NCBI GenBank assembly: GCA_051530055.1
Contig: CM121342.1
Location: 902,797 to 966,796, forward strand
Direction: 5' to 3'
Length of the DNA stretch: 64,000 nt
From: Neoechinorhynchus agilis
Taxonomy: Eukaryota > Animalia > Acanthocephala
The notes under the pieces were generated by a model. It was not told where the DNA came from and did no database searches. It saw only the letters and a program-made list of their open reading frames with translations. The translations under genes and the position numbers were made by a program. Shown piece by piece: positions 12,452-24,887 of this stretch. How positions within the stretch are numbered: position 1 is the first letter of the stretch; every line of letters starts with the position of its first letter.

Positions 12452-12859
12452 AGTTTATCTCATACTGTTCATTTTATCACAATGATTAGTGAGTCGGTGC
12501 CGTTAAATCTTATGTAAAAAATTTGAATTGCAAAAAAATACATTTTCTCATTAAAACTAAATTTTCATCGAGAAAATTCCCGGAATCTTAATCGAGAACA
12601 AATTAATAAGATTTTCGAACTTACGTAAGCTAACAAGTATTGTAGAGTTAAGCATAGTTTATCTCATACTGTTCATTTTATCACAATGATTAGTGAGTCG
12701 GTGCCGTTAAATCTTATGTAAAAAATTTGAATTGCAAAAAAATACATTTTCTCATTAAAACTAAATTTTCATCCAAAAAATTCCCGGAATCTTAATCGAG
12801 AACAAATTAATAAGATTTTCGAACTTACGTAAGCTAACAAGTATTGTAGAGTTAAGCAT
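12452..12859. repeat. Tandem duplication, 204-bp unit x2
   Basis: 12452-12655 repeats at 12656-12859 with only a few differences. Confidence 0.95.
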
Positions 12860-13306
12860 TAAACTCGAACTCGAGCTAAAAAAGTATAGACATATTCGCT
12901 CGCTTTAAATGATTGGTGATAACCATTGCACTGCCCACCATTACCGATTTTTCACGCCAAAATGCACTGGAATTGTTTATTGCATGTTTTTAGTGTTTTG
13001 TCAATGCCAAACATTGATTTCATAAAGTTTATAAGGGGGGTTACACAGGATGCTTTAGGCGTATCCCAAACGAAGATACTTGAACGACAGAAGGGTATAT
13101 GAGTTTGATGGGTTGTTAGTATAGAGATTGAAATAATAGTAGTAGCTGTACACCACAACAGGAGTCAATAGCAAACATTCGTGAGTTGAGTTTGTATTAA
13201 CACCGAGAAAACTGTTTACCATGCTGTGCGTTTGTGAGTGAGGTTCTTCGTTATTTATCCACACGCTAGAGCAGCAACCAACTTGATGAGCGGCCGCCCA
13301 CGTTCA

Positions 13307-14632
13307 CTAATCGGACGTGGACGATGTGGTTGTTGTTGATTCTATTGAACACAGTGACGCAAAAGCTGCGGCGCTGAAGTCCACTGCATCGGTTGCCGAT
13401 ATCCAGGTTCGTTTCCAAACATTAAACAAGTTTCTATAAAAATCAGAGGTGCTCATCAGGTCATGAGTACTGACAGATGCATCTCTTTTCGATCTGGATT
13501 CGTCAACTTCCTCACAAACTAAACGGAGTAATCGTTTCATGACACGATCCGCAATTTGCTCAACTACCGTCTTTTTTTTCTTACCATTGAACGGGTCAAG
13601 CAGATCTTCGGTCGACTGTGATAGAGAACTTCTTCGTTGTTGATAAAAATAATGAGGAGATCCGAGCCAATACTGTTGCTGCTGCTGCTGCTGCTGCTGG
13701 TGGTGGAGGTGATCATTTGACAGAGTGTACGTCGAGTGCTGGATATTTCCGTTTGATTGAGTCATCACAAGTGGTCCAGTGTTGGTACCAACTGAGCCAT
13801 TTACCATCAATCGATTACCATTGGAAAGCGAATGTGGTTGGGACGGAGTTACTATTTGCCTCCCTGAATTCCAATTAGGTTGATGGTACTGTCGACGCCT
13901 AGTGAGCTGGTAGGTGTTATGAGATGTGAGATCTGCAGCTGACATCAGAATGGTAGTTGATGCAGGTTGGATTTCTCTGTGAATGGGTTTCCGGATAGCA
14001 GAAGAAGAATAACTTGGCGGTTGGCTAGAAGTGAGATGCTGATGAGATCGCATGACCGGGACATTTCTGATCATCGAAGTCGTCGGATGTCCACCGAGTC
14101 CCGGTGGAGCCGATGGTTGTGTGTTCTGCGTATCCAATGCAGATCGCTGCTGCTGTTGTGTCCACCATCCGGGTGCATTGCCATTATTGTCAGCTAAATC
14201 TACTGTTCCGTAATCTAAGGTCGGATTACACTTATACCGCAATAGTTGCTCAATCTGGTTTGAAAACGATAGAGTCGGTGAATCTGGATCTTTGCTGTTA
14301 AATGGATCAATGTCCTTGTTCCATTCAGTGTTTCCACGCACATCGCCGTTCACTGTAGCCAAAGCATTTTGTTGGCGTTGATGCTGCTGAGAGTTAGAAG
14401 TGCTCTGAGATGAGATAACTGTTGGTTTGGCTGAAATGCTAACCAAATCAGCTCGGCGTGGTTGGCTAGTTGCAGACTGTGGAGATGCGTTCTGGCACCA
14501 TTGAGGATACTGGTGGTGGTGATAGGTCTGTTGTTGCATGTTTGGCCCGCGTTGTATATTGGATCCTTGTTGTTGAGACAGGAACATATCAGATCGACTC
14601 GTAGCTTCACTTGAATGTTGATAATTGAACAT
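13307..14632 (-). CDS. Gln/Ser/Pro/His-rich low-complexity protein of unknown family
   Basis: 441-aa ORF with a poly-Q (CAG) tract near 13675-13700. A 37-41 nt intron near 13440-13480 may change the C-terminus. Confidence 0.7.
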   Translation of the reverse strand: MFNYQHSSEATSRSDMFLSQQQGSNIQRGPNMQQQTYHHHQYPQWCQNASPQSATSQPRRADLVSISAKPTVISSQSTSNSQQHQRQQNALATVNGDVRGNTEWNKDIDPFNSKDPDSPTLSFSNQIEQLLRYKCNPTLDYGTVDLADNNGNAPGWWTQQQQRSALDTQNTQPSAPPGLGGHPTTSMIRNVPVMRSHQHLTSSQPPSYSSSAIRKPIHREIQPASTTILMSAADLTSHNTYQLTRRRQYHQPNWNSGRQIVTPSQPHSLSNGNRLMVNGSVGTNTGPLVMTQSNGNIQHSTYTLSNDHLHHQQQQQQQQQYWLGSPHYFYQQRRSSLSQSTEDLLDPFNGKKKKTVVEQIADRVMKRLLRLVCEEVDESRSKRDASVSTHDLMSTSDFYRNLFNVWKRTWISATDAVDFSAAAFASLCSIESTTTTSSTSD

Positions 14633-15949
14633 TTTAGCTTCTGATCGTTGTAAACTGGCTTATAGAGGTTTTGAAAGTTTATGCGCTTATCACACTCACC
14701 CAGACGCACAAACGTACAAATCGGAACTTGTTGTTAAATACGTCGGCGGCACCGTAGAACATTTAAGGTATATTCGGCGAAAAATCAATACCGCCGTCAT
14801 TGACCAAGCTGCGAGTGGCAACCAAACATTGGGTCTTTTTGTAATGGCAAGTAAAAGATGACCTTACAAAGTATAGGTGCAGATTTATATGTATAATATA
14901 AGAAAATATAGGTCGGCAAAAATTTCCTACATATTCCTTTAAATATTCAAGGGTAATTCAGTGATTTAATATATTTGAAACGTGAAATCAGTGGATAGGA
15001 GAAGGTAGGAAAGTGGATAAGTTCGAACGTAAAGTGAAAGGCTGCGAAGGAGAGGAAAAAGGGAATTTAGAGGTAGGTGGAGATGGTCTGGAATTGACAT
15101 AAGGACTAAAAGGATTGATTGGGTAGGAGCAAGAAAGTAGGGTAACTGAAACGGGGATAAAGCTGAAATCTGAGAGATTGATGAAATTAATCGAAGTGAA
15201 GCGGAAACTGGGTTTATTTTAGCATTTGCATCCCCTAGATAACACGTTGGTTAAAATTTTATAAAGTACTACCTCCGCATTCCACATTATTTGTCACATT
15301 TGGATACTTTTCGTCTGATTATTTAAAACGCGTTTGTGAGTAATTAAAAAAGATTTGCACTAATTAAAGAAAAAATAGTAGTATATAGTTCAAAATTTAG
15401 GCATTTTTAGAATGTCAAATTTTTGACAAATGTTGTTTACGTCACAGCCCCTTTTGTGCTGCTTATTTTTTTAAGGAGTGTCCAGCTCAATTTTACATAA
15501 AATAGATGATAAAGGAAAAAACAAGGAACTCAATCAAAATCGGCGTGTGCTTCAGTTTTTATTAATGCGTTACAAAGATAATAAACTCTTAAGGTGCATC
15601 GTAGAACGATATTTCGTTTATAGAAATGAGCACCAACAATAAAAAAATGGAAATGAAGTTTTCAGCATGGAATTCAGAAAGTGTTAACCTAAAAAAAAGA
15701 AAGATTATTCTTAATTTTTTATATTTTAAAAATATTTTTTTAAATCAAAGAACACTAAGAAGATTGTCGAATGCAGTAAATAAACAAGGAACGATTTTGC
15801 ATAGAATTTTTTCGCTGTTTCTTCTTCTATTAAAAAAGTCCTAATCTGTGTTTACAACATGTTCAATCTAATAGGAGTTTTAAAATTATGGATGTTTTAC
15901 AAAAACATCAAAATCATTTTGTTTCCTTAGATGAGTCAATACATAACAG

Positions 15950-16520
15950 ACAATGCGCGGAAGCGAGACCAAGATGCAATTCATCTAAAAACGAATATTT
16001 CGATCAAAAAATAGGAATCTGGCCATTTACTTTGAAAAAATACTAAAAGCAAATCTAAACATCGTCTAAAGGACCTTCGTTAACGAAAACCAAGAAACTG
16101 ATCATCAAAGAAGAAATTCGAGATATGATGATTAAAATGTTTTACCTACTATACGCTATAAATTTCTAAAAATGAAAAATCGCGTATTGTTTGCATACAA
16201 CAAGATAATGTCAAGCTTCATTAAGCGAATAACGCTTCTTGTTTATAAGAACTTGCAAAAGGAGGCTGGAGCCTGCAATTGAAATCCCAACCTCGGAATA
16301 GTCCAGGCCTAAATGTTTTGGATCTTGGGGTTTTAATAAAATACAAGGATTGCAACATCAGCTGGTCATTAAAAATAATTTAATCAGTAGAAAAAGTTTT
16401 TCAACAATTGGATCGAGACGCATTTAACAGTGTATTCTTAACATTACAAACATTTATGAAAAATATCATGATATCAAACGGAAACAATTTGTATAAGATT
16501 ATTCTAATAAAGAAAAGCCT
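15950..16520 (+). pseudogene. Decayed Tc1/mariner transposase of the DD39D-like group
   Basis: Fragmented motifs ARPR..FDQKIGIWPF, VLPTIR, QQDNVKLH, GWSLQLKSQPRNSPGLNVLDLG, LNSVFLTLQ, GNNLYK, with stops and frameshifts. Confidence 0.75.
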
Positions 16521-16805
16521 CGACGAAAAGTTGACCCATATAAATTTAACGCCAGTCGTGGAGAATACAAAAAATAAATGAAATAAATGCTAGTTCATTT
16601 CTGACTCGCCGTTTTTTATTCATCTATTAATCACCCATTTGTAGTGCCCTTGAGTCACTTTCGAAAGTTGGTCTAGCACAAGCGAATAAAAGGTTGATCA
16701 AATGTGGCAAGTATTATGGAGAAAACTCAGTCAAAACCCATATAGGACGCATACATGTAGCGAACAATTTTTTATAGCTCAATCTCTAAAGCCAATAGCT
16801 TGATC

Positions 16806-17165
16806 TTATTGATTTTTTTGAAATGGATCTATAACATGTCCCGAAATATCGACAAACGTACAATCACCTAATCCCGGTTCAAAGAGAATTCGACGTTTTA
16901 GCCGAATCGTGTCTCCGTTAGGTATTTTCAAGGAATGCAGCGCTTGCGATGCAAAGTTGTCTACTCGCTTATCATCATGGATGATAACCTGTTCATTTAT
17001 CGGCACTTTAAATTTGCGTTCAATCGCTAAAGCCAAATCCGCAACCGTTAATTCCTCTCTGGAAAGAAGCTCAATATTTTTGCGTTTACATCCGTAAACG
17101 ATTAGATGATTCCTCGTGTAATACCTGTATTTCGGCGTACCGATGGGTTGTATTGATTCCGACAT
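16806..17165 (-). CDS. Small ubiquitin-like-domain protein
   Basis: 119-aa ORF with a UBL pattern (LTVADLALAIERKFKVPINEQVIIHDDKRVD...LHSLKIPNGDTIRL). Confidence 0.65.
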   Translation of the reverse strand: MSESIQPIGTPKYRYYTRNHLIVYGCKRKNIELLSREELTVADLALAIERKFKVPINEQVIIHDDKRVDNFASQALHSLKIPNGDTIRLKRRILFEPGLGDCTFVDISGHVIDPFQKNQ

Positions 17166-18003
17166 ATATCAAACTTCTCATAAAATGGACTCGGATTCGA
17201 TGTACTATGGTTTCCATAGAAATCTTTAACTTTTTGTTCACCAATAGATATCTTTCATCTTTAATCGTTTATTCGTCAGCCGGCCATTCATATTCTGAAT
17301 CTCATAGCTACAATTAAGCTCCACAGTTCCATTAACCAGTGAATTTGAGGATATGTAACATTTTCTTCAATGTTGCATTGGTTTACCTGAAATCTTCCAA
17401 TTGAATCTTTTGAAACATTCACCTTTGCATTTCGAAAATTTACTTCGTTTTCGGGCATATAACAAAATTTGATTTTCATGCCGAATTCCTTATTTTCACC
17501 AAAATTTTAAAGTTTTTAAATTCAGCACTTCATTTGCTAAGGCATCATTTCATGAAATTGTTTGCCCATTTTGTCCAAAGCAAATTCTTATCTACAAGTG
17601 GTACAATTTGTTCTTCGCGAATGTATTGATGGCGGCATTATACGCTTTAATGGATCAAGTTCTGCCAGTTATTATTTAAAAATTATGCTATCGCTGCCGT
17701 AACTTTCAAAGACCTATTCACTTAACTATCGATCTCTATGATGCGAGTGCTGAAACTCGCATTGGTGAAATTACTCAGCAAAGAAGGATCGAGGCAAGAA
17801 ATTTATTGCAAATCAAACTTTCATAAATTTTAATTGCAATCAGTTACATGATTTATGAGACTATAATTTCTACAGTTACGTATTTGAATCCTCTAGAATC
17901 CTCCCATTGAGAAGAACAACATCATCAATAAGAGCAGGACTAAAATTCAAAGTAGTCCATAACGTTTAAACATTAGAAGCAAAGTGAATGTACCTTCGTT
18001 AAA

Positions 18004-18984
18004 TTGGAGCATTTGAAATCATTCATGAGCTCAAAAATGCTTATATTCGAACAAAAGTGATATATTGCCACCTCCCATACATAATATTTCACAAAATGAT
18101 TTACAATCATTCGCACAAAAAAATCTGCTTTACTTTCTCTCAAACGGCAGCTTTCATGCAGTTGGTTCCATCGTACTTAGTGATTGAAAATCGAATTCAG
18201 TTTCTTCACATAGACTACTTTCAGTACCCTCAACACTTATAGACAGGGGCCAACCCTGACTGGAAATACCAAATATATCAAAATCATCCTGATGCATACT
18301 TATAGGTTGGCTTATTTTCAATACGTATTGTTTCTTTAGTACTAAATCCGGGCATTGAACCCCTTGATCGGCGGTCTCTTTATACCAAGTCTGTGTTGAT
18401 TGACTAACTGTAGTCGCCGATGTCTGGGTTGATGTGTGAACTGCTTCCAGCTTCGAATAATTTTGCACTTGATTGTCGTTGGAAGTGTTAGTATCATTAG
18501 TAGACTGATGTTTGGCAAATCCATTCGACCCTCCGTATTTTTGCAAAAACCATTCACGAAATCCAATTGGTTTGCAAGCTGTTCCAGTTGCATTTTGACT
18601 GTTTTGAAGATTACTTAGATAAAAGAAATCACCGGAGCGCCCACGTTTAGTCTCACTGTCTTTATCAATCGCTAATCTGTGGAACTGAACTGTTTGAAAT
18701 GCACTTTTGTCATTATTTTCCTTTGATTTCTGTGACATAATCGACTGGACCTCGGCATCCAAGGAATCTAGAGAGTCGCCCGAAAAACAACGCGCTTGAT
18801 CAGGGTCTTGAGAATCGGAAATATTTAGACTAAAACTACCGAGGACGTTGGGAATGGGCAGTTTCAATGTTTTAATTGATTCTGAATCATCGGAGATGGA
18901 ACTGGAGCAGAGATCGTGGGAAATAAAATTCATTTGATAGTTATAGATATTTGTCCCTTTAAATTCTGCTGCTGCGTGAACCAT
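18004..18984 (-). CDS. Hypothetical Ser/Thr-rich protein, probably multi-exon
   Basis: 276-aa ORF. A canonical 52-nt intron (GTACTG..CACTAAG) links it to a further open frame RWNQLHESC...SNLTK. No family recognised. Confidence 0.45.
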
Positions 18985-19365
18985 AGTAAAAGAATAGACC
19001 TCAATTTAATGTCTGAATTTTTCGTTTCTTTGAGGCGGCAGCGAAAATGACATTAAAAAATTTGATTGCCATGGCTGTCTGAGGTCAACTGGCGGTATGA
19101 TATGGTTGGTGGTTCCATAACAAATATGAACGTTCAATAATTGCCGTAAAATATCCGTCAAGGTTATGTTATATGTCGAACTGTAAAATTAATGCCACGT
19201 TGTTTTAAGTGTCTTACATCTAAGTGCAGAAATCAATTGAGAATAATTTCTATTTATACAAATGGTTAAGATTAGTTGCGGGGAATCAAGGGCTTATTTT
19301 ACAATAAAATAATAGGCGTCGTTGTGCAATGGGATCATTTAAATAAATTAGACAAAAGCACTTAA

Positions 19366-19478
19366 CAGTATCTATGTATGGCCTTTTTCACGGCTGATAA
19401 TTTTCCTTGGGCAAAGATCGGTGGGCTGTGTGCACAAGGAAAGTTATCAGCCGTCAAAAAGGCCACACATAGATACTG
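19366..19478. repeat. Inverted repeat/hairpin, 44-bp arms, 25-nt loop
   Basis: CAGTATCTATGTATGGCCTTTTTCACGGCTGATAATTTTCCTTG versus the reverse complement of 19435-19478; 3 mismatches. Confidence 0.9.
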
Positions 19479-20092
19479 AAAAATTACCAGCTGGCCAGAC
19501 TTCAAAAATAGAAAAAGCACCTAATGTGGATCTCAATGCGGCCACGTAGTGATTTTTGCCAGTGAAAATAGGAATCTTTAAAATGTTTTTCTGCCCTAAT
19601 AAGCAATTTATTTGCCCAAATACTTTTACAAGCCACTGCAAAAGTTCACTATTTGTGATTAGTTGAAGGTTACATTCTTTAAATTAAAACAAATTTAGCA
19701 CGAATCAACGCGGCGACTGGAGAGCCAAGATCGACTTCGTTCCTAGCCCAAAAAATAAGCATTGCGGTGCAGCGGGGCAATGCGGCTAGCATTTTCGCCT
19801 GCGCCGATGAATAGGGGCGTCGAAGAAACTATAAATTATGTATGCTCTTGTTAAAAAAAATGATGAACTAGTTTTCAATTAAAATGACTCGAGTGGCATT
19901 AATAAATTAGACCTTAAACAAAAACAAACAAAATGAAGTGCAAGTTGAAGGCGATTATCATAAAGCATTGATAGTGACGATCGCATTTGGGTTTTTAAAA
20001 CAAAATTTTCTAAAATTTTATATAACAAATATTCAACATTTGCCTGGATCTGCGTGACACAACCACACTTGTCTATTGAGTGTACAAGACTT

Positions 20093-23000
20093 TCATTCCG
20101 AAATGGGTTGATCTAAATTTCAACGACTTAAAGCATAGTAAAGGCTGTCAAGAACACTCACCTGTTCGTCCATCCGGTTGCTTGCATGTACACTCACCCG
20201 GCGGTCCTTTTTCACCTTTCCTACCCGGTAGACCTCGTGGACCTTCAAGCCCGTCCATACCAGGTATGCCCGGCATTCCCACGTAGCCAATTTCACCAGG
20301 AATCCCGGGCGCTCCCGGTTCACCTAAATTTCGATACTTGCTACGATTATAAGGAGCTACTAAACATACCTGGCATGCCTTGCGGTCCGGGCTCACCTCG
20401 TGGACCACGAATCGTCTTTCCAGCGGCGCCTGCTTCTCCTTTAAACTTGTATACCCATTCGCCGAATTTAGCTTTTAAGTATACATTCAAAACGGTAAAA
20501 ACAATAGATCAGTAAAAGATGGATACCGTTCATTATCTCAATAATCAATTTTTCAATCTCTTCTTGAGTTGGCTTTGGTCCCTGAATTTTTTCAATTATT
20601 TATTCTCCCCTGGTGATTAGAATAGTATCTCACCGGAAAGCCCTGTTGTCCTGGCATCCCAGGAGGGCCTCGTGGACCTTGATTTCCTTCCGGGCCAACT
20701 GGACCTTCTACTCCAGGCATTCCGGGTGGTCCATGCAGCCCCGGTAATCCCTGATCGCCTGGTGATCCATTATAACCGTTCTATAACACATACGATTAAG
20801 TACATTCCATCATTTTAAATACTACCTTTCCCGGCACACCTCGTGGACCACGATCGCCCTAAAAAGTAAGCATTGACTTCTTAGAGAACAATGATGACGG
20901 ATACCTTAGGTCCTCGTTGCCCACTGTCACCTTTCAAAATTTGGCATTCTCCAGGGGGTCCCTATTTTAATTGTAAACGTAATTTTTAACAGTTCAAGTA
21001 TTTACCACTGGTCCAGGTAAACCTTGAGGTCCAGGTCTTCCCTGAAAAAGAAAAATGATTAATATATGAACATGAAGCTAGCGCATTGATTAATTTGTGA
21101 GTATGGGCATGTGAATCGTTTGTCAGATACATCACTTGTCATGTATTTAGGCATTGATTCACATGCTCATATCCTCACAAAACAAAATTTCTAGCATGTA
21201 CAATTTAAACGCACCGCTTCTCCGAATGTACCAGGTAGGCCTTGTTGTCCTTGCTTTCCGTCCATTCCTCTTTCACCCTAATGATTTATGAACACAGAGT
21301 GGATTTTATCGATTAAACTGTTGATACAGCGAGTCGTTCCCGGATTTTATTTTAATTGACGCGAAATTTCAATAGGGTATTTTTAGGATTCATTTCAAAA
21401 TTTGCTTTAGAAAAAAATGTTTGAACTCTTTTTAAAAACATATAATCATTTTTTGATTTACTATGAGCATAGAGAATCGCTCGGGCTGAAGTATGCTGGA
21501 AAAATTAAAAAGCAAGTGATAAAATGTAGAATTTTAAAATTAAATACTAATAATGATCTTTGATTTTCCGAAACAGACTCGCGGGTGTATATCGGAATTA
21601 GCATTTACCCGCAGTCCTCTTTCGCCAGGAAGACCAGGTTGTCCGTCGAGACCACGCTCGCCTTTTTCACCCTTTTTCAAAAGGCCATATTGTAAAAAGA
21701 AAAATATTAATATGGAGCCATTACCTTCGTTCCTTTTATCCCTCTTGGTCCATCAGGACCCGTTGCACCTCTCTCACCCTGCAAAAAGACGTCGTAGATG
21801 TTAAACGCTTAAAGTGCGAATAAAAGAGCATTCATTATTTAATTAAGAATTACATCGAAGTGCACCTGGAGTTGTGGTGATCACAATCCAGAATGAACCA
21901 TATTTTATCGAGTCATCTGAAAAGGTTTTAGTTTTTTTATTGTATGGCTCGGCTACGCAGGATCGCCAATCCCTAAGTTCGGGGACCTTATGTCCGCTCG
22001 TACCCAATGACTGATGAGGCGAGGCTTCCTTCTTCGAAATATCACAATAAAATATGTTTTATCATGCGATTATGATCACCACAACTACAACTATTTTATC
22101 AGCATGATTAACAAACATAACAGCTCTTAAATAGATAAATCGAAGAACTCACTTTTATCCCACTGAGACCAGGTAACCCATCCATGCCGGGATCACCTTT
22201 TTGACCGGGTGGACCCTTAATTTCAAACAATTAATTAGTATCTTAAGCGAAAAAGCGAGATTTACCATTGGTCCCGCATGAGAGAATTCCATAAATGGAC
22301 CCTAGAGGAAATGAAAAGTTAAATAGTTTCCGTGCAAAAACCGATACTGACCATTGCTCCATCCTCATATTGGATTCCCGGCAATCCCTGTGGTCCGGGT
22401 TCGCCTCTCATTCCTTTTTGTCCTTTGTTACAACAAGGCTGATTTTGTCGATTTTTCACGTGTTGCTTACTGTCATCATTTTGATAAGGCTGAAGAGGAA
22501 ATGGGGTTATATGCGATTATTTCTTAATGTGTTTAGCTGACAAAAAAAGGTTCACTGGCCTCACCTTTAACCCACGGGACTTTTTAAAAAGACTGGCATT
22601 GTCCAAGCAATGCAACTTTGGAGTCGATCTTCGTGAAACAGAACGCGATTGTTCCCTGACGCAACTGTCACTTGTGACTCCGGCGTGACTTGGATTATAA
22701 TGTGATTTACAGGAGGCAGGGGAGGGAACATCAGCTCGACGCACGAACCGCTCAATATGAGTACTGATCAGTGACAGTAAGCATAATATTACTATTGAGC
22801 ATTGCACTATCAATGAGAATTTACGAAGAAAACGGAGCTGAGGCATCTGCGCTCGGTGCTTGCCGTTGAATCATGATAGTGAGGATATGATTGGCATTCG
22901 GCTCATTATATATGTCCCGATGATTCTGAAGGAGTCAAGACATTTTTCTGGAAACAATGCAAACTCCTCCAAGAATACGCTCCCGTTTTTTTGTATGTAC

Positions 23001-24887
23001 ACATGAACGCCGAGTGGCATCAACTCCACAACCACCAGCACCACTAACATCGCGTATCAACGTCAAAAAGTAGGCAGCAAACCGAGCACACGTTCGATTT
23101 GATCCATAAATGAGACAATTATTGTCAGTGCATTCTTGTGTGACAGATTTATCAGAATCACCCGTCAATGATAGCTCCGGTATGTAAAGAAAAATTCTCT
23201 TAGAGAGGCACTTTATGTGCATGCACAAGTGCACCTCGAAGTGAGTTTCCGCTCCCAAGAGGTATTCCCAGTGCAACTCAAACTTGGATAAAGTAGTAAA
23301 AATAAACGTTTAGAATGACAATGTCGCTCAGGAGCGAAATTCGGGACATGGTGTTATAGGCGTTGTGGATCCCGGCATTTGCCAAAAAAGATGAATGTTT
23401 AGTTTTCATGTTAGGTTTTCAAGAAAGTATAATTTATTTAAAATATTATATTATGCGGAATTTCTTATAACCAAAAATCTAACGACTTAAACTTTCTAAT
23501 TGCAACCTAATAAACCCACAAAAGTCGATAAATCACAATTCGTATATGTATGAGCAAGAGCTTTTTGATTCGAACTTCGAAAAGCTTACGGAATAAATGT
23601 TGTAGTAAAACACGAACCGTGAATTTAGAACGATCTTGCTTTAGATGCAAATCGATCTTTGTCATAAAGAAGTAAAAATTCCATCTCTAGAAAAAAGTCG
23701 TTGGAGAAAAAAATATAGATTAGTTCAATCGAATACGCGTATATGATTAGGCTCAAAACTAATCCAGCGAAAAAATACTTTTGCGCCGGATAAATTATCT
23801 TAATTTCTCAAACCATTAATTTCAACCTAGAAGCATTCCGAATCAAAGAATAAACATTCTGATCATTAGATTCGAAAAATAAGAAAATCGGATTAAACTT
23901 ACAATGGTCCTTTCCAAAATACTTTTCGTTTTCCTGCCACAATTGCTGACCGCTTCAGAGTAATTGCAGAATAATTCAATATCTTGAATACCAATCTAGT
24001 TCGTCGTAAAGTTTAAAAATTAAAAACAATTTTTTAACTCACTTGATCATTCCAATCAGTTAGCTCGGCTAAAAAGAGACTAGTTTTCCTTCCTCCCAGT
24101 GTTTTGCGCAACCATCTTAGACTGTGAGCAGTTGCTACGGAACAATCAATAAGAACTACAATCCTTTTCCTCGAGATGACAATAGCGACTAAATGCCACT
24201 TATTATCCCATATCTTGAATGTGTTTTAAAAAGGAAAGATTTAAACGAGAAAGCGAGTAAGTACCTGCGAAGTGTTACCAAGAGTAACTTGTTGGATGCC
24301 ATGAACGAGTTTGGAAGCTAAATATCTAATGACAATTTTATGGTCGGTACCATTCAGAACGATTTGGAGAAGCGTTCGCCCCTTTCGGATCATTGTGATC
24401 AACTTTACAGTCTCGTTTTGACTTAATAGAATTTTTGCGCGAATAGAAAATGGAGGATGGAGTTCCTCAATCTCAAACATCCTTTGTGCTATCGAGGACG
24501 CAGATGGAGCGTTGGTTGATCTCGTCGTTGGAATAATCCCTGAGAAGTGGAGAAGATCTTTTTTTGAAGGTGTAGCTGCAGGTCTCTATAATCTAAATAC
24601 ACTTACCAAAAGATCCGGACAAGGATCCGCAGTTTATTTTATTATTAGAAAGATTAAATTCCGCTTCAGTGTTCTGAAACGGAGGCGAGCTTCTCGTCTG
24701 TAGTTGATCCACATATTCTGTTATTTATTAAAACGTATTGATTTTTTAATTAAAAAATACCTGATCGTGTTGATAATTCGCCGAGTCTATGCGGTTTTTT
24801 TTGAAAGTAAAAAATTGAAGAAATTACTTACGCTATCATGATCACCATCGCTGTTGTCGAGAATAGTCGTACTTCAATGGATATCAT
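20093..24887 (-). CDS. Collagen with signal peptide, TSPN/laminin-G N-terminal domain and interrupted Gly-X-Y domains (FACIT-like), many exons
   Basis: Exons traced with GT-AG ends: [21 protein letters not shown] signal, TSPN-like [23 protein letters not shown], collagen exons from PCCNKGQKG (22438), non-collagenous [12 protein letters not shown], terminal GPPGECTC. The last exon is uncertain. Confidence 0.8.
21871..22085. mobile_element. MITE-like element with 18-bp terminal inverted repeats, in a collagen intron
   Basis: GTTGTGGTGATCACAATC (21871-21888) versus GATTATGATCACCACAAC (22068-22085); 1 mismatch. Confidence 0.55.
22565..22846 (-). CDS. Alternative first coding exon of the collagen: type II transmembrane segment plus furin-like site
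   Basis: [37 protein letters not shown], ending in a phase-0 donor AAG|GTGAGG compatible with the first collagen exon. Confidence 0.6.

Noticed and set aside
13445-13480. TGATGA/CTGA boxes suggesting a C/D snoRNA
   Set aside because: The boxes are only a few nt apart, far too short for a snoRNA.
14990-15215. Purine-rich tract with an open frame on the minus strand
   Set aside because: No start codon or recognisable protein; probably promoter or UTR compositional bias.
17520-17830. Protein-like plus-strand frames between the UBL gene and its upstream neighbour
   Set aside because: Interrupted by stops; no consistent splice model or family could be built.
22870-23050. 59-codon ORF in frame with the collagen TM exon, separated by one TGA
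   Set aside because: No conserved motif; chance or a uORF cannot be excluded, and there is no support for readthrough.
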